Source: Candidatus Zixiibacteriota bacterium (GTDB lineage Bacteria > Zixibacteria > MSB-5A5 > GN15 > JAAZOE01). Taken from it: a DNA stretch of 64,000 nt. Below, in pieces: positions 37,975-45,787 of this stretch (positions are counted from its first letter, which is position 1; each line of letters begins with the position of its first letter). Where the stretch lies: the NCBI GenBank assembly GCA_023138975.1, contig JAGLON010000006.1:42999-106998 (forward strand), written 5' to 3'. The translations under genes and the position numbers were made by a program. The notes below the pieces were generated by a model. It ran no database searches. It worked only from the letters and a program-made list of their open reading frames with translations, and was not told where the DNA came from.

Positions 37975-38280
37975 GTCATTCCCGAGAGTCCGCGCGTAAG
38001 CCGGACGAGTCGGGAATCCAGAACGTAGGTCAAGACCTACCCTAAAGGGCACTATAGAAAAGTAGGTCGAAACCCCTGTGGTTTCGACAATAACGCAATA
38101 GAGAACGTAGATACCGTCTTAATTGTCAAGTAGGTCGAAACCTACCCACTGTGTGGGCACTATAGCCTGCGGTCTTGACAATAAAAACAATAGAGCTGAG
38201 ATCCGGTCTCTAACTAATTTCTCGAAGCGAAAATTTCTTTTGCTGGGGCCGGACCAAAGGCCTCATGAGGTCTCCCGGCC
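37975..38280. repeat. Mosaic cluster of REP/BIME-like hairpin modules
   Basis: 37975-38021 matches 36104-36150 at 46/47 positions in the same orientation. It is followed by GTAGGTC-aa-GACCTAC, GTAGGTCGAAACC...GGTTTCGAC, a nested gtcaag[...CCCACtgtGTGGGCACTATAG...]cttgac element and GGACCAAAGGCCTCATGAGGT. Confidence 0.75.
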
Positions 38281-38420
38281 AGAAAGGGGTTTGAGTGAGT
38301 ATCACAAGTTTATTGCTTGTCCCCAGAGTCCTGTTGACCTTAATTATTAGATAGGCTATATTACTATGAATAAGATAGTTTAGTATTAGGTTAGCAGTAT
38401 GAAAAAAGAGAGCGAAGAAA

Positions 38421-39653
38421 TTGAATAATACAATATTTTATTCTTGGCAGTCAGACTTGCCTAATGATTCAAATCGTGGATTTATTGAATCTTGCTTAAA
38501 GAAGGCATCCAAGAAAATATCAAATATTAGCCCTTTTTCGATTGATTTTGTTTTAGATAGAGATACAAAAAATGAAACGGGTACACCTGACATTGCAAAT
38601 TCCATTTTTAAGAAGATCTCAAAAGCAAAAATATTTGTCGCTGACATTTCAATCATTAATAGTGACTATAATGGACGGAAAAGTCCTAATCCAAATGTTC
38701 TGCTTGAATTAGGGTATGCTTCTCGAATTTTGGGCTGGGAAAAAATCTTCTGTTTTTACAATCTTGATTATGGTAACTATGATGATTTACCATTTGATCT
38801 TAAACAAAAAAGGCCTATTACTTACAGTTTGAATGGTGAGGTTAAAAGTGATGTTCGAGAAGAATTATCAAAAATTGTAGCTGAATCTATATTGATATTG
38901 CACAATGCAGGAAGTCTATTTAATGTGGTAGATGATTATGTGAAAGAAAAAATAGATACTGAACTATTAACAATCTCAAATCATTTAAGTAAAATATTAC
39001 TAGGATATTCTGAAAAATCTCTACTTGAGAGAACAGGAATTTTATTAGATTTATCTGATGAGGGTATTGCTGGACACCTCTATCATAAAAAATCAATAGG
39101 TTTTCAAATATTCAAAAATTTTAACATTCATGAGAAAAATTTAAGAGACATTGCAGATAAAATGATATCCTCTGTTCATCAAAATAAGGAGTTAGCTGTT
39201 CCTATTATTGAAATAATAAGTTGGATTGGTCGATATGATAAAATTAACTCCTCCAGAAGTGAATTTAAGTTCTTCGCTCCATTAAAATCTAAGAACCCGT
39301 CTTACAATGCTGTTAATAGTCAATCTCTTATCCCAAGAAATGATGATTTACCGGATAGATATATTTTATTTGAAAGGCTTTCTGAAAAACCAGGAAGAGT
39401 AATTGATTTTGGTGATATTATCGAAAGAGATAAAATTAATCAGTTAACGAATGAATTTATTTTTAAGCAGGAGCATACAAAAACTTACGTTTCATTATTT
39501 CGGGATTTTATCAAGAACATTAGAAAATGGCTTGACTTGACAAATGGCGAATTTATTCTTGATACTTATCATAATTTTGAAATGAAAACAAAGGGAATTC
39601 CAAAAAAAGGGCATCTAAATAGGCCGGGTGGTCCACCGCCCGTGGAGGAATAA
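38421..39653 (+). CDS. Orphan protein with an N-terminal TIR-like (Cap12/PycTIR-type, nucleoside-deoxyribosyltransferase-like) domain and an unknown helical C-terminal domain
   Basis: 410 aa with a TTG start. IFYSWQSDLP...(~60 aa)...AKIFVADISIIN...SPNPNVLLELGYASRILGWEKIFCFYN...DDLPFDLKQKRPITY fits the remembered TIR-like pattern (R/N.NV..ElGy...lG..r......lPsDl). GC is about 30% by hand count, against the mid-40s in the flanks. Repeat clusters sit on both sides. Confidence 0.5.
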   Translation: MNNTIFYSWQSDLPNDSNRGFIESCLKKASKKISNISPFSIDFVLDRDTKNETGTPDIANSIFKKISKAKIFVADISIINSDYNGRKSPNPNVLLELGYASRILGWEKIFCFYNLDYGNYDDLPFDLKQKRPITYSLNGEVKSDVREELSKIVAESILILHNAGSLFNVVDDYVKEKIDTELLTISNHLSKILLGYSEKSLLERTGILLDLSDEGIAGHLYHKKSIGFQIFKNFNIHEKNLRDIADKMISSVHQNKELAVPIIEIISWIGRYDKINSSRSEFKFFAPLKSKNPSYNAVNSQSLIPRNDDLPDRYILFERLSEKPGRVIDFGDIIERDKINQLTNEFIFKQEHTKTYVSLFRDFIKNIRKWLDLTNGEFILDTYHNFEMKTKGIPKKGHLNRPGGPPPVEE

Positions 39654-39660
39654 CCAGGTC

Positions 39661-39706
39661 CCCCAACCCCCACTATGTGGGACTATAGCCTTTAGGGTAG
39701 GGGGTG
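39661..39706. repeat. Hairpin repeat module (CCCAC-tat-GTGGG ACTATAG ... flanked by cccc/gggg arms)
   Basis: ccccaacccccactatgtgggactatagcctttagggtagggggtg belongs to the same CCCAC/GTGGG plus CTATAG family as 38145-38170 and 3104-3120. Confidence 0.55.
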
Positions 39707-40062
39707 ATATTTAGCTTTAACCTCTATCCATTTAGCTTAATAAGTTTTTAAATCCACTTCATCAACCAACTATCACACACTAACAATTTCACTACCTATT
39801 TACCCCTAATCACGCATAGCCCCCATTTATAAACGCTATCAAAATGGAGTATTCATGAAAATAGTTTGTAAACAAAATCACATCATCCTCACTGAGCAAA
39901 AAACACATCATCGAGTGGTCGAAAAAGCGCTACACCCCTTAAAAATGAGCATACAAAGCCAATTCGGCATAACTCTATAATTGATTAACTCTTACGGTAT
40001 ATTTTAGGAATAGTAGCTTTAGAAAAAGTATGTTAATATGAAAAACGAACCCATTTTTAAGT

Positions 40063-40266
40063 GAAAAACGCATAGTACTCGTCGAAGACAAGTGAAGCCA
40101 TTCTTGTATGGAAAACGCCATGGTACCCGTCGCATGCGGGTAAAGGCATTTTTAGAATAAAACCATAATTACGAGGTAGAGCATCTGATTATCCATGTGA
40201 CAAACGAAAAGGGTCAACGACCCTGGAAAACGCGAAGTACTCGTCGCAGACAAGTGAAGCCATTCT
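40063..40266. repeat. Dispersed direct repeats of about 42 bp in a non-coding stretch
   Basis: 40063-40104 (gaaaaacgcatagtactcgtcgaagacaagtgaagccattct) and 40225-40266 (ggaaaacgcgaagtactcgtcgcagacaagtgaagccattct) match at 38/42. A degenerate third copy lies at 40110-40150 and a short partial copy near 40040. Confidence 0.6.
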
Positions 40267-40301
40267 GTGGCCGGGTACGGAAATTCTGCCCCATCACAAA
40301 A

Positions 40302-41162
40302 TCATCGTCTTCGCCGGCGTTCAGCCGAAGCAAAATGCGATTTGTAGTTTTTTGGCACCTCAAAAACATGCACCGGTACATCTTCGCACGTTATCTCCTG
40401 TACATCAAGATGATAGGAAAACGTACCGCTGAACCCCTTTATTCCACTGAGTCTCATTTTCACATCAACCTTAATCGGGAAACCTTTCATAGCCTGGAGA
40501 ACCTCTTTGACGGACTCGACCGGAGCATTAAACTTCTCACCCAGCGCCAGCCCCAGAGTGTAATGATATAAAGGATCGAATCCTACAGCATCTTGAAATA
40601 GCAAAAACGTTTGATTGATCGGTTTGTTTTCATCGCTTAAGGTTGCAGTTCGGATATCGATGGAAACATCGCAACATACTGATTTTTTTCCGGTTGATAC
40701 TCCACGCGCCGTAAGAAACATCCTTTCACATGCAATACCAGCCACAGTGTCTTGCGACAATCCAATGGCGCTGATGTCCCATTTGAAATTGATCCCCTCT
40801 TCTCGACTAAGACTGTCGCAGGTGCGTAGAGCTGAACACGAAAATCGACCAATCCGAATAAGGCTTGCGGTCCTGTAAATTTCATCCTTCTCATACAAAT
40901 ACCATTTTCTTTTTTCCGGCAATGAGAATAACCGATCTGGAATGTTGTTTAATGCGGGAGCAAAAAGTCCGATCAGGAAATTCGAATCTCTTTTGTTATC
41001 AATTTTGACAAAACTACCGTTACAGTATGTTGTAACGGTACCGTTCCAGTCAGGTAAAAGCGGGATTCCAATTTTTTCCGTTTGAACTATTGTACAATCG
41101 CCCGCAGCGGTTACCGGAAAAACAAGCACAATCAACGAACACAACACAAAAAGCTTAAGCAT
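40302..41162 (-). CDS. Secreted hypothetical protein (possibly DUF4412-like)
   Basis: Start moved to ATG 41162 (GAGGGG-aatc-ATG), giving MLKLFVLCSLIVLVFPVTAAGDC. The C-terminal ...VFEVPKNYK is reminiscent of DUF4412 ends. The tail is poly-Arg. Confidence 0.55.
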   Translation of the reverse strand: MLKLFVLCSLIVLVFPVTAAGDCTIVQTEKIGIPLLPDWNGTVTTYCNGSFVKIDNKRDSNFLIGLFAPALNNIPDRLFSLPEKRKWYLYEKDEIYRTASLIRIGRFSCSALRTCDSLSREEGINFKWDISAIGLSQDTVAGIACERMFLTARGVSTGKKSVCCDVSIDIRTATLSDENKPINQTFLLFQDAVGFDPLYHYTLGLALGEKFNAPVESVKEVLQAMKGFPIKVDVKMRLSGIKGFSGTFSYHLDVQEITCEDVPVHVFEVPKNYKSHFASAERRRRR

Positions 41163-41296
41163 GATTCCCCTCACAGTGAAAGGCCTTTACTTAAACTACA
41201 GTCGAATGCTATAAATCTTCCCGCAGTTGTGTTTTTAACGCAAGCGGCAAATGTCCCGGAAAGCCCGGCAGCCCATCCCGAAAGAGGCTATTGCCT

Positions 41297-41335
41297 CGTC
41301 GGATGGTCCAAAGGCCTCATGAGGTTCCTGCCTAA
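41297..41335. repeat. GGTCCAAAGGCCTCATGAGGT repeat module
   Basis: tggtccaaaggcctcatgaggttcctgcc is nearly identical to cggaccaaaggcctcatgaggtctcccggcc at about 38246-38276. Confidence 0.55.
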
Positions 41336-41522
41336 TTTACTCAGCTTTTGCAAGATTCCTTTTTAATAGGCAAATAGTATTATGGGCAAGGGAGTATTTA
41401 CTGAAGGGCATGACATCAGGTTCAAGAAAACAAACACAACAATGCTAAGCCCCTGTCTGAAATGGAAGCTCAGGCGGGGGATTTGCTCTTTTATTTCTCG
41501 TATCTCATTGTCTAAAAATAGT

Positions 41523-41551
41523 TTGACTTTTCTGCAATTGTTTCGTATTAT
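41523..41551 (+). promoter_or_regulatory. Candidate sigma-70 promoter for the 41663/42019 operon
   Basis: TTGACT (41523-41528), a 17 nt spacer, then TATTAT (41546-41551), about 110 nt upstream of the ATG. Confidence 0.45.
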
Positions 41552-41662
41552 ATATATACGAGGGGAATTTTCCTCACCCCACCTCTCTTAATCATAACCT
41601 CACCGCATCCGCAAGGGATAAAAATGTTTAATAATATATAATCCTTAACAAGGAGTGGTGTT

Positions 41663-42016
41663 ATGTTTCGTAAAACTGTAACCATGATGTTACTCGTTAT
41701 GTTCCTATTAACGATAACCGGTCCGGTCACCGGACACAACGGAGTAATCATAATTCCCAATACTCTTGATCCCGGTGGGGAAGAACATCCTTGGGGCGGC
41801 GGCCAGCACGCTATCATTGATCCGCTGGCAGACGATATTTACGCCACTAACTCAGTACCTCGATTCTCAACAAACTTCTTTGTTGATTTTGCACTTCAGA
41901 GAGTATGGATTTCAGCGACGAGCACCATTCGTAGAATAGTCTTTCCGAACAACTCTGATAAGTTGAATTCAGTGAACGCAAATCAGTCAACGATTAAAGA
42001 CGTGAGGAATCGGTAA
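41663..42016 (+). CDS. Small secreted hypothetical protein
   Basis: AAGGAG lies 7 nt upstream, with signal peptide MFRKTVTMMLLVMFLLTITGPVTG. Its stop is 2 nt before the activator gene. Confidence 0.55.
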   Translation: MFRKTVTMMLLVMFLLTITGPVTGHNGVIIIPNTLDPGGEEHPWGGGQHAIIDPLADDIYATNSVPRFSTNFFVDFALQRVWISATSTIRRIVFPNNSDKLNSVNANQSTIKDVRNR

Positions 42017-42018
42017 TT

Positions 42019-44274
42019 ATGGGAAAATTAACGCTAAAGAACCCAGATATCCGCGCTGAATTGAATCGTCAATTGACGAATGCGATTCAGTTAAGTGATA
42101 TCGCCAGCGGTATGCGGCTGGTCGAAAAGACTGGTAGTATGATGACCGAATACGGCGATACACTGGCGGGCGAATATCGGTGTCTTGAAGCTAAACTGTT
42201 TTTCCTTTCCAATGATTACCGCCTGGCCCTCACTTCTGCCCGTCTCGCAACGGCAATATTGGCTCAGTTCGGTGAAACCGAACAGCTCGCCGAAGCGTTT
42301 TTGCTCACGGGTAAATCGTTGTCCGCGCTTGGTAATTATAAAGAGGCAGAAACGGCTTATCTCGATGCCGAGTCTCTCTATCGCAGAAATGACAATATTG
42401 GTGGACGTATTGATACCGTCAATCAACTGGCTCGGATATTTTTCATCCGCGCCGAATATAAAAGCGCCTTAAAGTACCTGCTCGAAGCAGCCAATTTGGC
42501 AGAGCAAATTGACGACCGCAAAACCCTGGCCTTCCTATGGGGTAACCTCGGTCGCGTCTATACCTTTATGGGCAACTTCGATAAAGCAATCAAAACGCTC
42601 AAGCTCAACATCAGTGTGTCTGATGAACTGGGCGACAAGCAGGAAAAAGCCCGGGCATTGTTGTCGCTGGGTTATATTGAAATGCAGTCTGAGTATTACG
42701 AAAAAGCCCAGAAACATTTTGATGAAGCCTATATTGATTTGGTTCGTGAAAAAATGAACCGTTCTATCATTATCTGCCAAACTTACCTTGGTGAGCTTAA
42801 GCTCAAGAGCGGAGAGCTTTCGGCCGCTCGCAGGTACTTGGACGAAGCCATTGATGGCGCCCGCCGTCTGGCTCCTAAATCATCGCTAATGGTGGCGCCT
42901 CTGCGTCTCCTGGCTGAATTAGAGTTGGCTGATAAGCAATATAATTCAGCTTCGCGATTGGCTAACAAGGCGCTGGCTCTGGCTGAAGAGATCAACGAGC
43001 CGGTCGAAAAAGGTGCAATTCTTCGGCTGCAGGCTAAATTGGCCATTGCTGTTTTCGCAGACGACACCAAACCCAAACAGGCTCGCAAACTGTTTGGTCT
43101 CGCGATGGAGCTTTTTTATGAAGTCGACGCTCGGTATGAGCAGGCGGAAACTCTGATCGCTATGGCCGATTGCGGTCTTGGTTCAGCCCGCCGACAGATG
43201 GCAAATCTGTTTCGGGCCGCTGATCAGTACAAGCGCCTCGGCATATCCTCAAAATACGAAAAAACGCAAGAGCTCATTAACCGTACCGACATTAAAATCG
43301 CCGGAAAGAACCCCCACCCGATACGCCAGAGTTCTCAGGGGCCGACGATTATCACTAACAATCCTCGCATGACCACAATTCTCGATCAATTGTCTCATGC
43401 GTCCCAGTCGGATTTGCCGGTACTGTTAATGGGCGAAACCGGCACCGGTAAGGATTTATTGGCCTTGTATTACCATAACAAGAGCGGCCGCAAGGGCGAC
43501 TTTGTAGCAGTCAACTGCGCCGCCTTCCCGGATACGCTCCTTGAATCAGAATTGTTCGGTTATCGAAAAGGCGCCTTTACCGGGGCCGAAACCGATAAGG
43601 ACGGTCTTTTGCATCGAGCTAATGGCGGTACTTTTTTCCTCGATGAAATAGGTGAAATGTCGCTGATCTCGCAGGCAAAACTACTGACCGTAATTGAAAC
43701 TTGCCGCACCCGGCGACTGGGCGATACGTCCGATGAAGCCCTCAATATCAGGTTTATTGCAGCGACTAACGGCGAGCTGTCAAAAATGGTTGAGGCGGGG
43801 ACGTTCCGAAGGGATCTTTATTATCGCCTAAGCGGAATAACTTTTACGATTCCGCCCCTATCACAGCGCCCGGAGGATATCCCCTTGCTTCTCCAGCATT
43901 TCTTGATAAAAGAAGGAGTTGAGGTGGTTGATAAAAGCCTCGACCCGGAATTGGTCTCAGAATTCACTTCCCGTTCATGGCCCGGAAATGTTCGCCAATT
44001 GGAATCGGAAGTGAAAAAACTAGTTCTGTTTTCTACAATCGCCAAGGAGGACTCGTTAAGTGATTTGGCTGGAGTCCTGGTTCAAAATGACACCGACAGC
44101 GATACGTTGTCTTTGGTGAACCAAGTTGAGCAATTTGAGAAGGGACTCATCATCAAGGCGCTTCGTCGGGCTGACGGTAACAAATCAAAGGCGGCTCGAA
44201 CCCTTGCTATTCACGAATCGACCCTAAGGGCGAAAATGAAACGCTATGATTTAACACTTTCTGCCGCTTCGTAA
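42019..44274 (+). CDS. Sigma-54-dependent transcriptional activator with an N-terminal TPR-rich sensor region (no receiver domain)
   Basis: The first ~430 aa are TPR-like helical repeats. The AAA+ core carries Walker A LLMGETGTGKDLLA, the GAFTGA loop (YRKGAFTGAETDKDG) and ESELFGY. The C-terminal Fis-type HTH reads NKSKAARTLAIHESTLRAKMKRY. Confidence 0.9.
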   Translation: MGKLTLKNPDIRAELNRQLTNAIQLSDIASGMRLVEKTGSMMTEYGDTLAGEYRCLEAKLFFLSNDYRLALTSARLATAILAQFGETEQLAEAFLLTGKSLSALGNYKEAETAYLDAESLYRRNDNIGGRIDTVNQLARIFFIRAEYKSALKYLLEAANLAEQIDDRKTLAFLWGNLGRVYTFMGNFDKAIKTLKLNISVSDELGDKQEKARALLSLGYIEMQSEYYEKAQKHFDEAYIDLVREKMNRSIIICQTYLGELKLKSGELSAARRYLDEAIDGARRLAPKSSLMVAPLRLLAELELADKQYNSASRLANKALALAEEINEPVEKGAILRLQAKLAIAVFADDTKPKQARKLFGLAMELFYEVDARYEQAETLIAMADCGLGSARRQMANLFRAADQYKRLGISSKYEKTQELINRTDIKIAGKNPHPIRQSSQGPTIITNNPRMTTILDQLSHASQSDLPVLLMGETGTGKDLLALYYHNKSGRKGDFVAVNCAAFPDTLLESELFGYRKGAFTGAETDKDGLLHRANGGTFFLDEIGEMSLISQAKLLTVIETCRTRRLGDTSDEALNIRFIAATNGELSKMVEAGTFRRDLYYRLSGITFTIPPLSQRPEDIPLLLQHFLIKEGVEVVDKSLDPELVSEFTSRSWPGNVRQLESEVKKLVLFSTIAKEDSLSDLAGVLVQNDTDSDTLSLVNQVEQFEKGLIIKALRRADGNKSKAARTLAIHESTLRAKMKRYDLTLSAAS

Positions 44275-44308
44275 GTTTTTACGAACCGGCGCATATTCTG
44301 TGGTTTGT

Positions 44309-44347
44309 GATAAGCGCATGAGAATCATGCGCTTATCTTTTTTTGCT
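44309..44347 (+). terminator. Rho-independent terminator of the activator operon
   Basis: Perfect 13 bp stem gataagcgcatga / tcatgcgcttatc with a 3 nt loop, followed by a T-run. Confidence 0.85.
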
Positions 44348-44460
44348 TATTCCCTTCGTACTGCCTCACGAAAACCGAAGCCGCCAATCAAATCACCCAA
44401 ACGATTTTATCATATTGTATCATAATCACTTACACAGTTTTTTACTTGTTCGCACACTTA

Positions 44461-44476
44461 AGGCACAGCCATTGCT
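44461..44476 (+). promoter_or_regulatory. Sigma-54 (-24/-12) promoter-like motif
   Basis: aGGCACagccaTTGCt compared with the consensus TGGCACG-N4-TTGCW. GG (44462-44463) and GC (44474-44475) are separated by exactly 10 nt. Confidence 0.45.
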
Positions 44477-44486
44477 ATATGTATTA

Positions 44487-44575
44487 GTGTCATTTAAAGC
44501 TCCTTTTGCGCTGCTTTAATAGTCCTTTTTTCTCGGATGGCCGCCCGTACGCGAGGGGTGTACGGGGGGCTTTTT
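44487..44575 (+). ncRNA. Candidate ~90 nt sigma-54-dependent sRNA or terminated leader
   Basis: The predicted start is about 12 nt after the -12 element. There is a hairpin ttaaagc/gctttaa (44494-44519), then a GC-rich hairpin cccgtac-gcgaggggt-gtacggg (44544-44566) followed by gggcTTTTT. The next ATG with an ORF is at 44662. Confidence 0.3.
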
Positions 44576-44661
44576 ATATTTAAAAAATTTATTAGAAACT
44601 TCACACACTATCCAGCGTAAAAGCATTGTACAAATAACTAAAACCCGTTATTCTTATTAGC

Positions 44662-45189
44662 ATGAAAAAGCAGATTTATTTTACACTATGTTTTATAATA
44701 CTAATCGCTTTGGCTGTCCCGAGTCTATCAAGCGATAAAAAATTATCCCTAAAGAGTACCTTTAATCTATTATCGTTCGAAGGTGAATGGACCGGCTACG
44801 GCGAGGCTATTATTCCCCGGGTAAGAATTCCTATCTCCATCGAAGGCAAGGCAACTTTTGCTTACGACTCTATCGCCAATTTTCTCCGGACATCAATAGA
44901 AGCAAGAAAGTTCCTCTTTACGTACATCGATTCCGGGCATTTGTATCACAATCCTGAAACTGATTCTATTGTTTGGGAAGTCTGGGATGGGTTCGGTGAA
45001 TATGGCATCTATAACGGTTTAGTCACTGATACGCTTTTGACCGGAACATTGAGGAAAGATAACTACCTGTTTCATATTAATATCGATTTTGTCACAGCCG
45101 ATAGTATGGTCTTTTATATGACTGCACAAAAGGGCTTTGAGGGTAAGGAAAAACCTCAGGCTACAATTAGTTTATGGCGCAATAAATAA
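44662..45189 (+). CDS. Secreted hypothetical protein
   Basis: 175 aa with signal peptide MKKQIYFTLCFIILIALAVPSLSS. No family recognised. Confidence 0.6.
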   Translation: MKKQIYFTLCFIILIALAVPSLSSDKKLSLKSTFNLLSFEGEWTGYGEAIIPRVRIPISIEGKATFAYDSIANFLRTSIEARKFLFTYIDSGHLYHNPETDSIVWEVWDGFGEYGIYNGLVTDTLLTGTLRKDNYLFHINIDFVTADSMVFYMTAQKGFEGKEKPQATISLWRNK

Positions 45190-45229
45190 CTTTTCTATTT
45201 CATTTCGGTTTTAATTTCATTTGTACCTT

Positions 45230-45787
45230 ATGCCAAAATATTCTATATATATCCCCATGGATAACTATAATAAAAAACGCCGTGAAATGTTGGAAGCTAT
45301 GCCGAAAGATATGCTTATCGGCATGCTGGAAGACGCCGCCAAAAACTGGCTGGCACACGATGGTTTATGGTTTCAGGCTGTTGAAGCCGGTCACGATATG
45401 AAAACAGCTATTGACCACGATACCACCGCCTGGAAACGTTTTACCGTTATCGAAGCCAAACGGATTATGAAGCGACATGGAATCGGGCCGGACTCCGGTC
45501 TCGCCGGATTGAAAAAGGCTCTGGGATTTCGACTCTATGCCCATTTGAATATTCAGGAAATTATCGCAGAAACTGAAAATAGTCTGGTCTTTCGCATGAA
45601 TGACTGCCGGGTACAATCTGCCCGAAATCGGGCTGGACTGCCGGACTTTCCCTGCAAGTCAGTCGGTTTGGTAGAATATGAGCTATTTGCCACGACAATT
45701 GATCCTCGAATAAAAACCGAATGTCTCAGTTGCCCTCCGGATAAGCATCCGGTGGAATACTACTGCGCCTGGAAATTTTCGATTTAA
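45230..45787 (+). CDS. Conserved hypothetical protein (possibly DUF6125-like)
   Basis: NWLAHDGLWFQAVE...TAWKRFTVIEAKRIMKRHG resembles a family I recall as DUF6125. The start is ambiguous (TTG 45221, ATG 45230 or ATG 45257). Confidence 0.5.
   Translation: MPKYSIYIPMDNYNKKRREMLEAMPKDMLIGMLEDAAKNWLAHDGLWFQAVEAGHDMKTAIDHDTTAWKRFTVIEAKRIMKRHGIGPDSGLAGLKKALGFRLYAHLNIQEIIAETENSLVFRMNDCRVQSARNRAGLPDFPCKSVGLVEYELFATTIDPRIKTECLSCPPDKHPVEYYCAWKFSI

Noticed and set aside
36043-38280. CRISPR array interpretation of the repeated hairpins.
   Set aside because: The repeats are of several different types, occur in both orientations and are irregularly spaced without unique spacers of constant length. No cas genes are present.
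38123-38350. 75 aa plus-strand ORF.
   Set aside because: It is composed almost entirely of hairpin repeat modules (gtaggtcgaaacc, cccac..gtggg, ggaccaaaggcctcatgaggt), with no RBS. It is a translation artefact of the repeats.
40197-40571. 124 aa Arg-rich plus-strand ORF.
   Set aside because: Its 5' part is one of the 42 bp direct repeats. The rest is antisense to the 3' end of the better-supported minus-strand secreted protein (40302-41162). The composition is highly basic and low-complexity.
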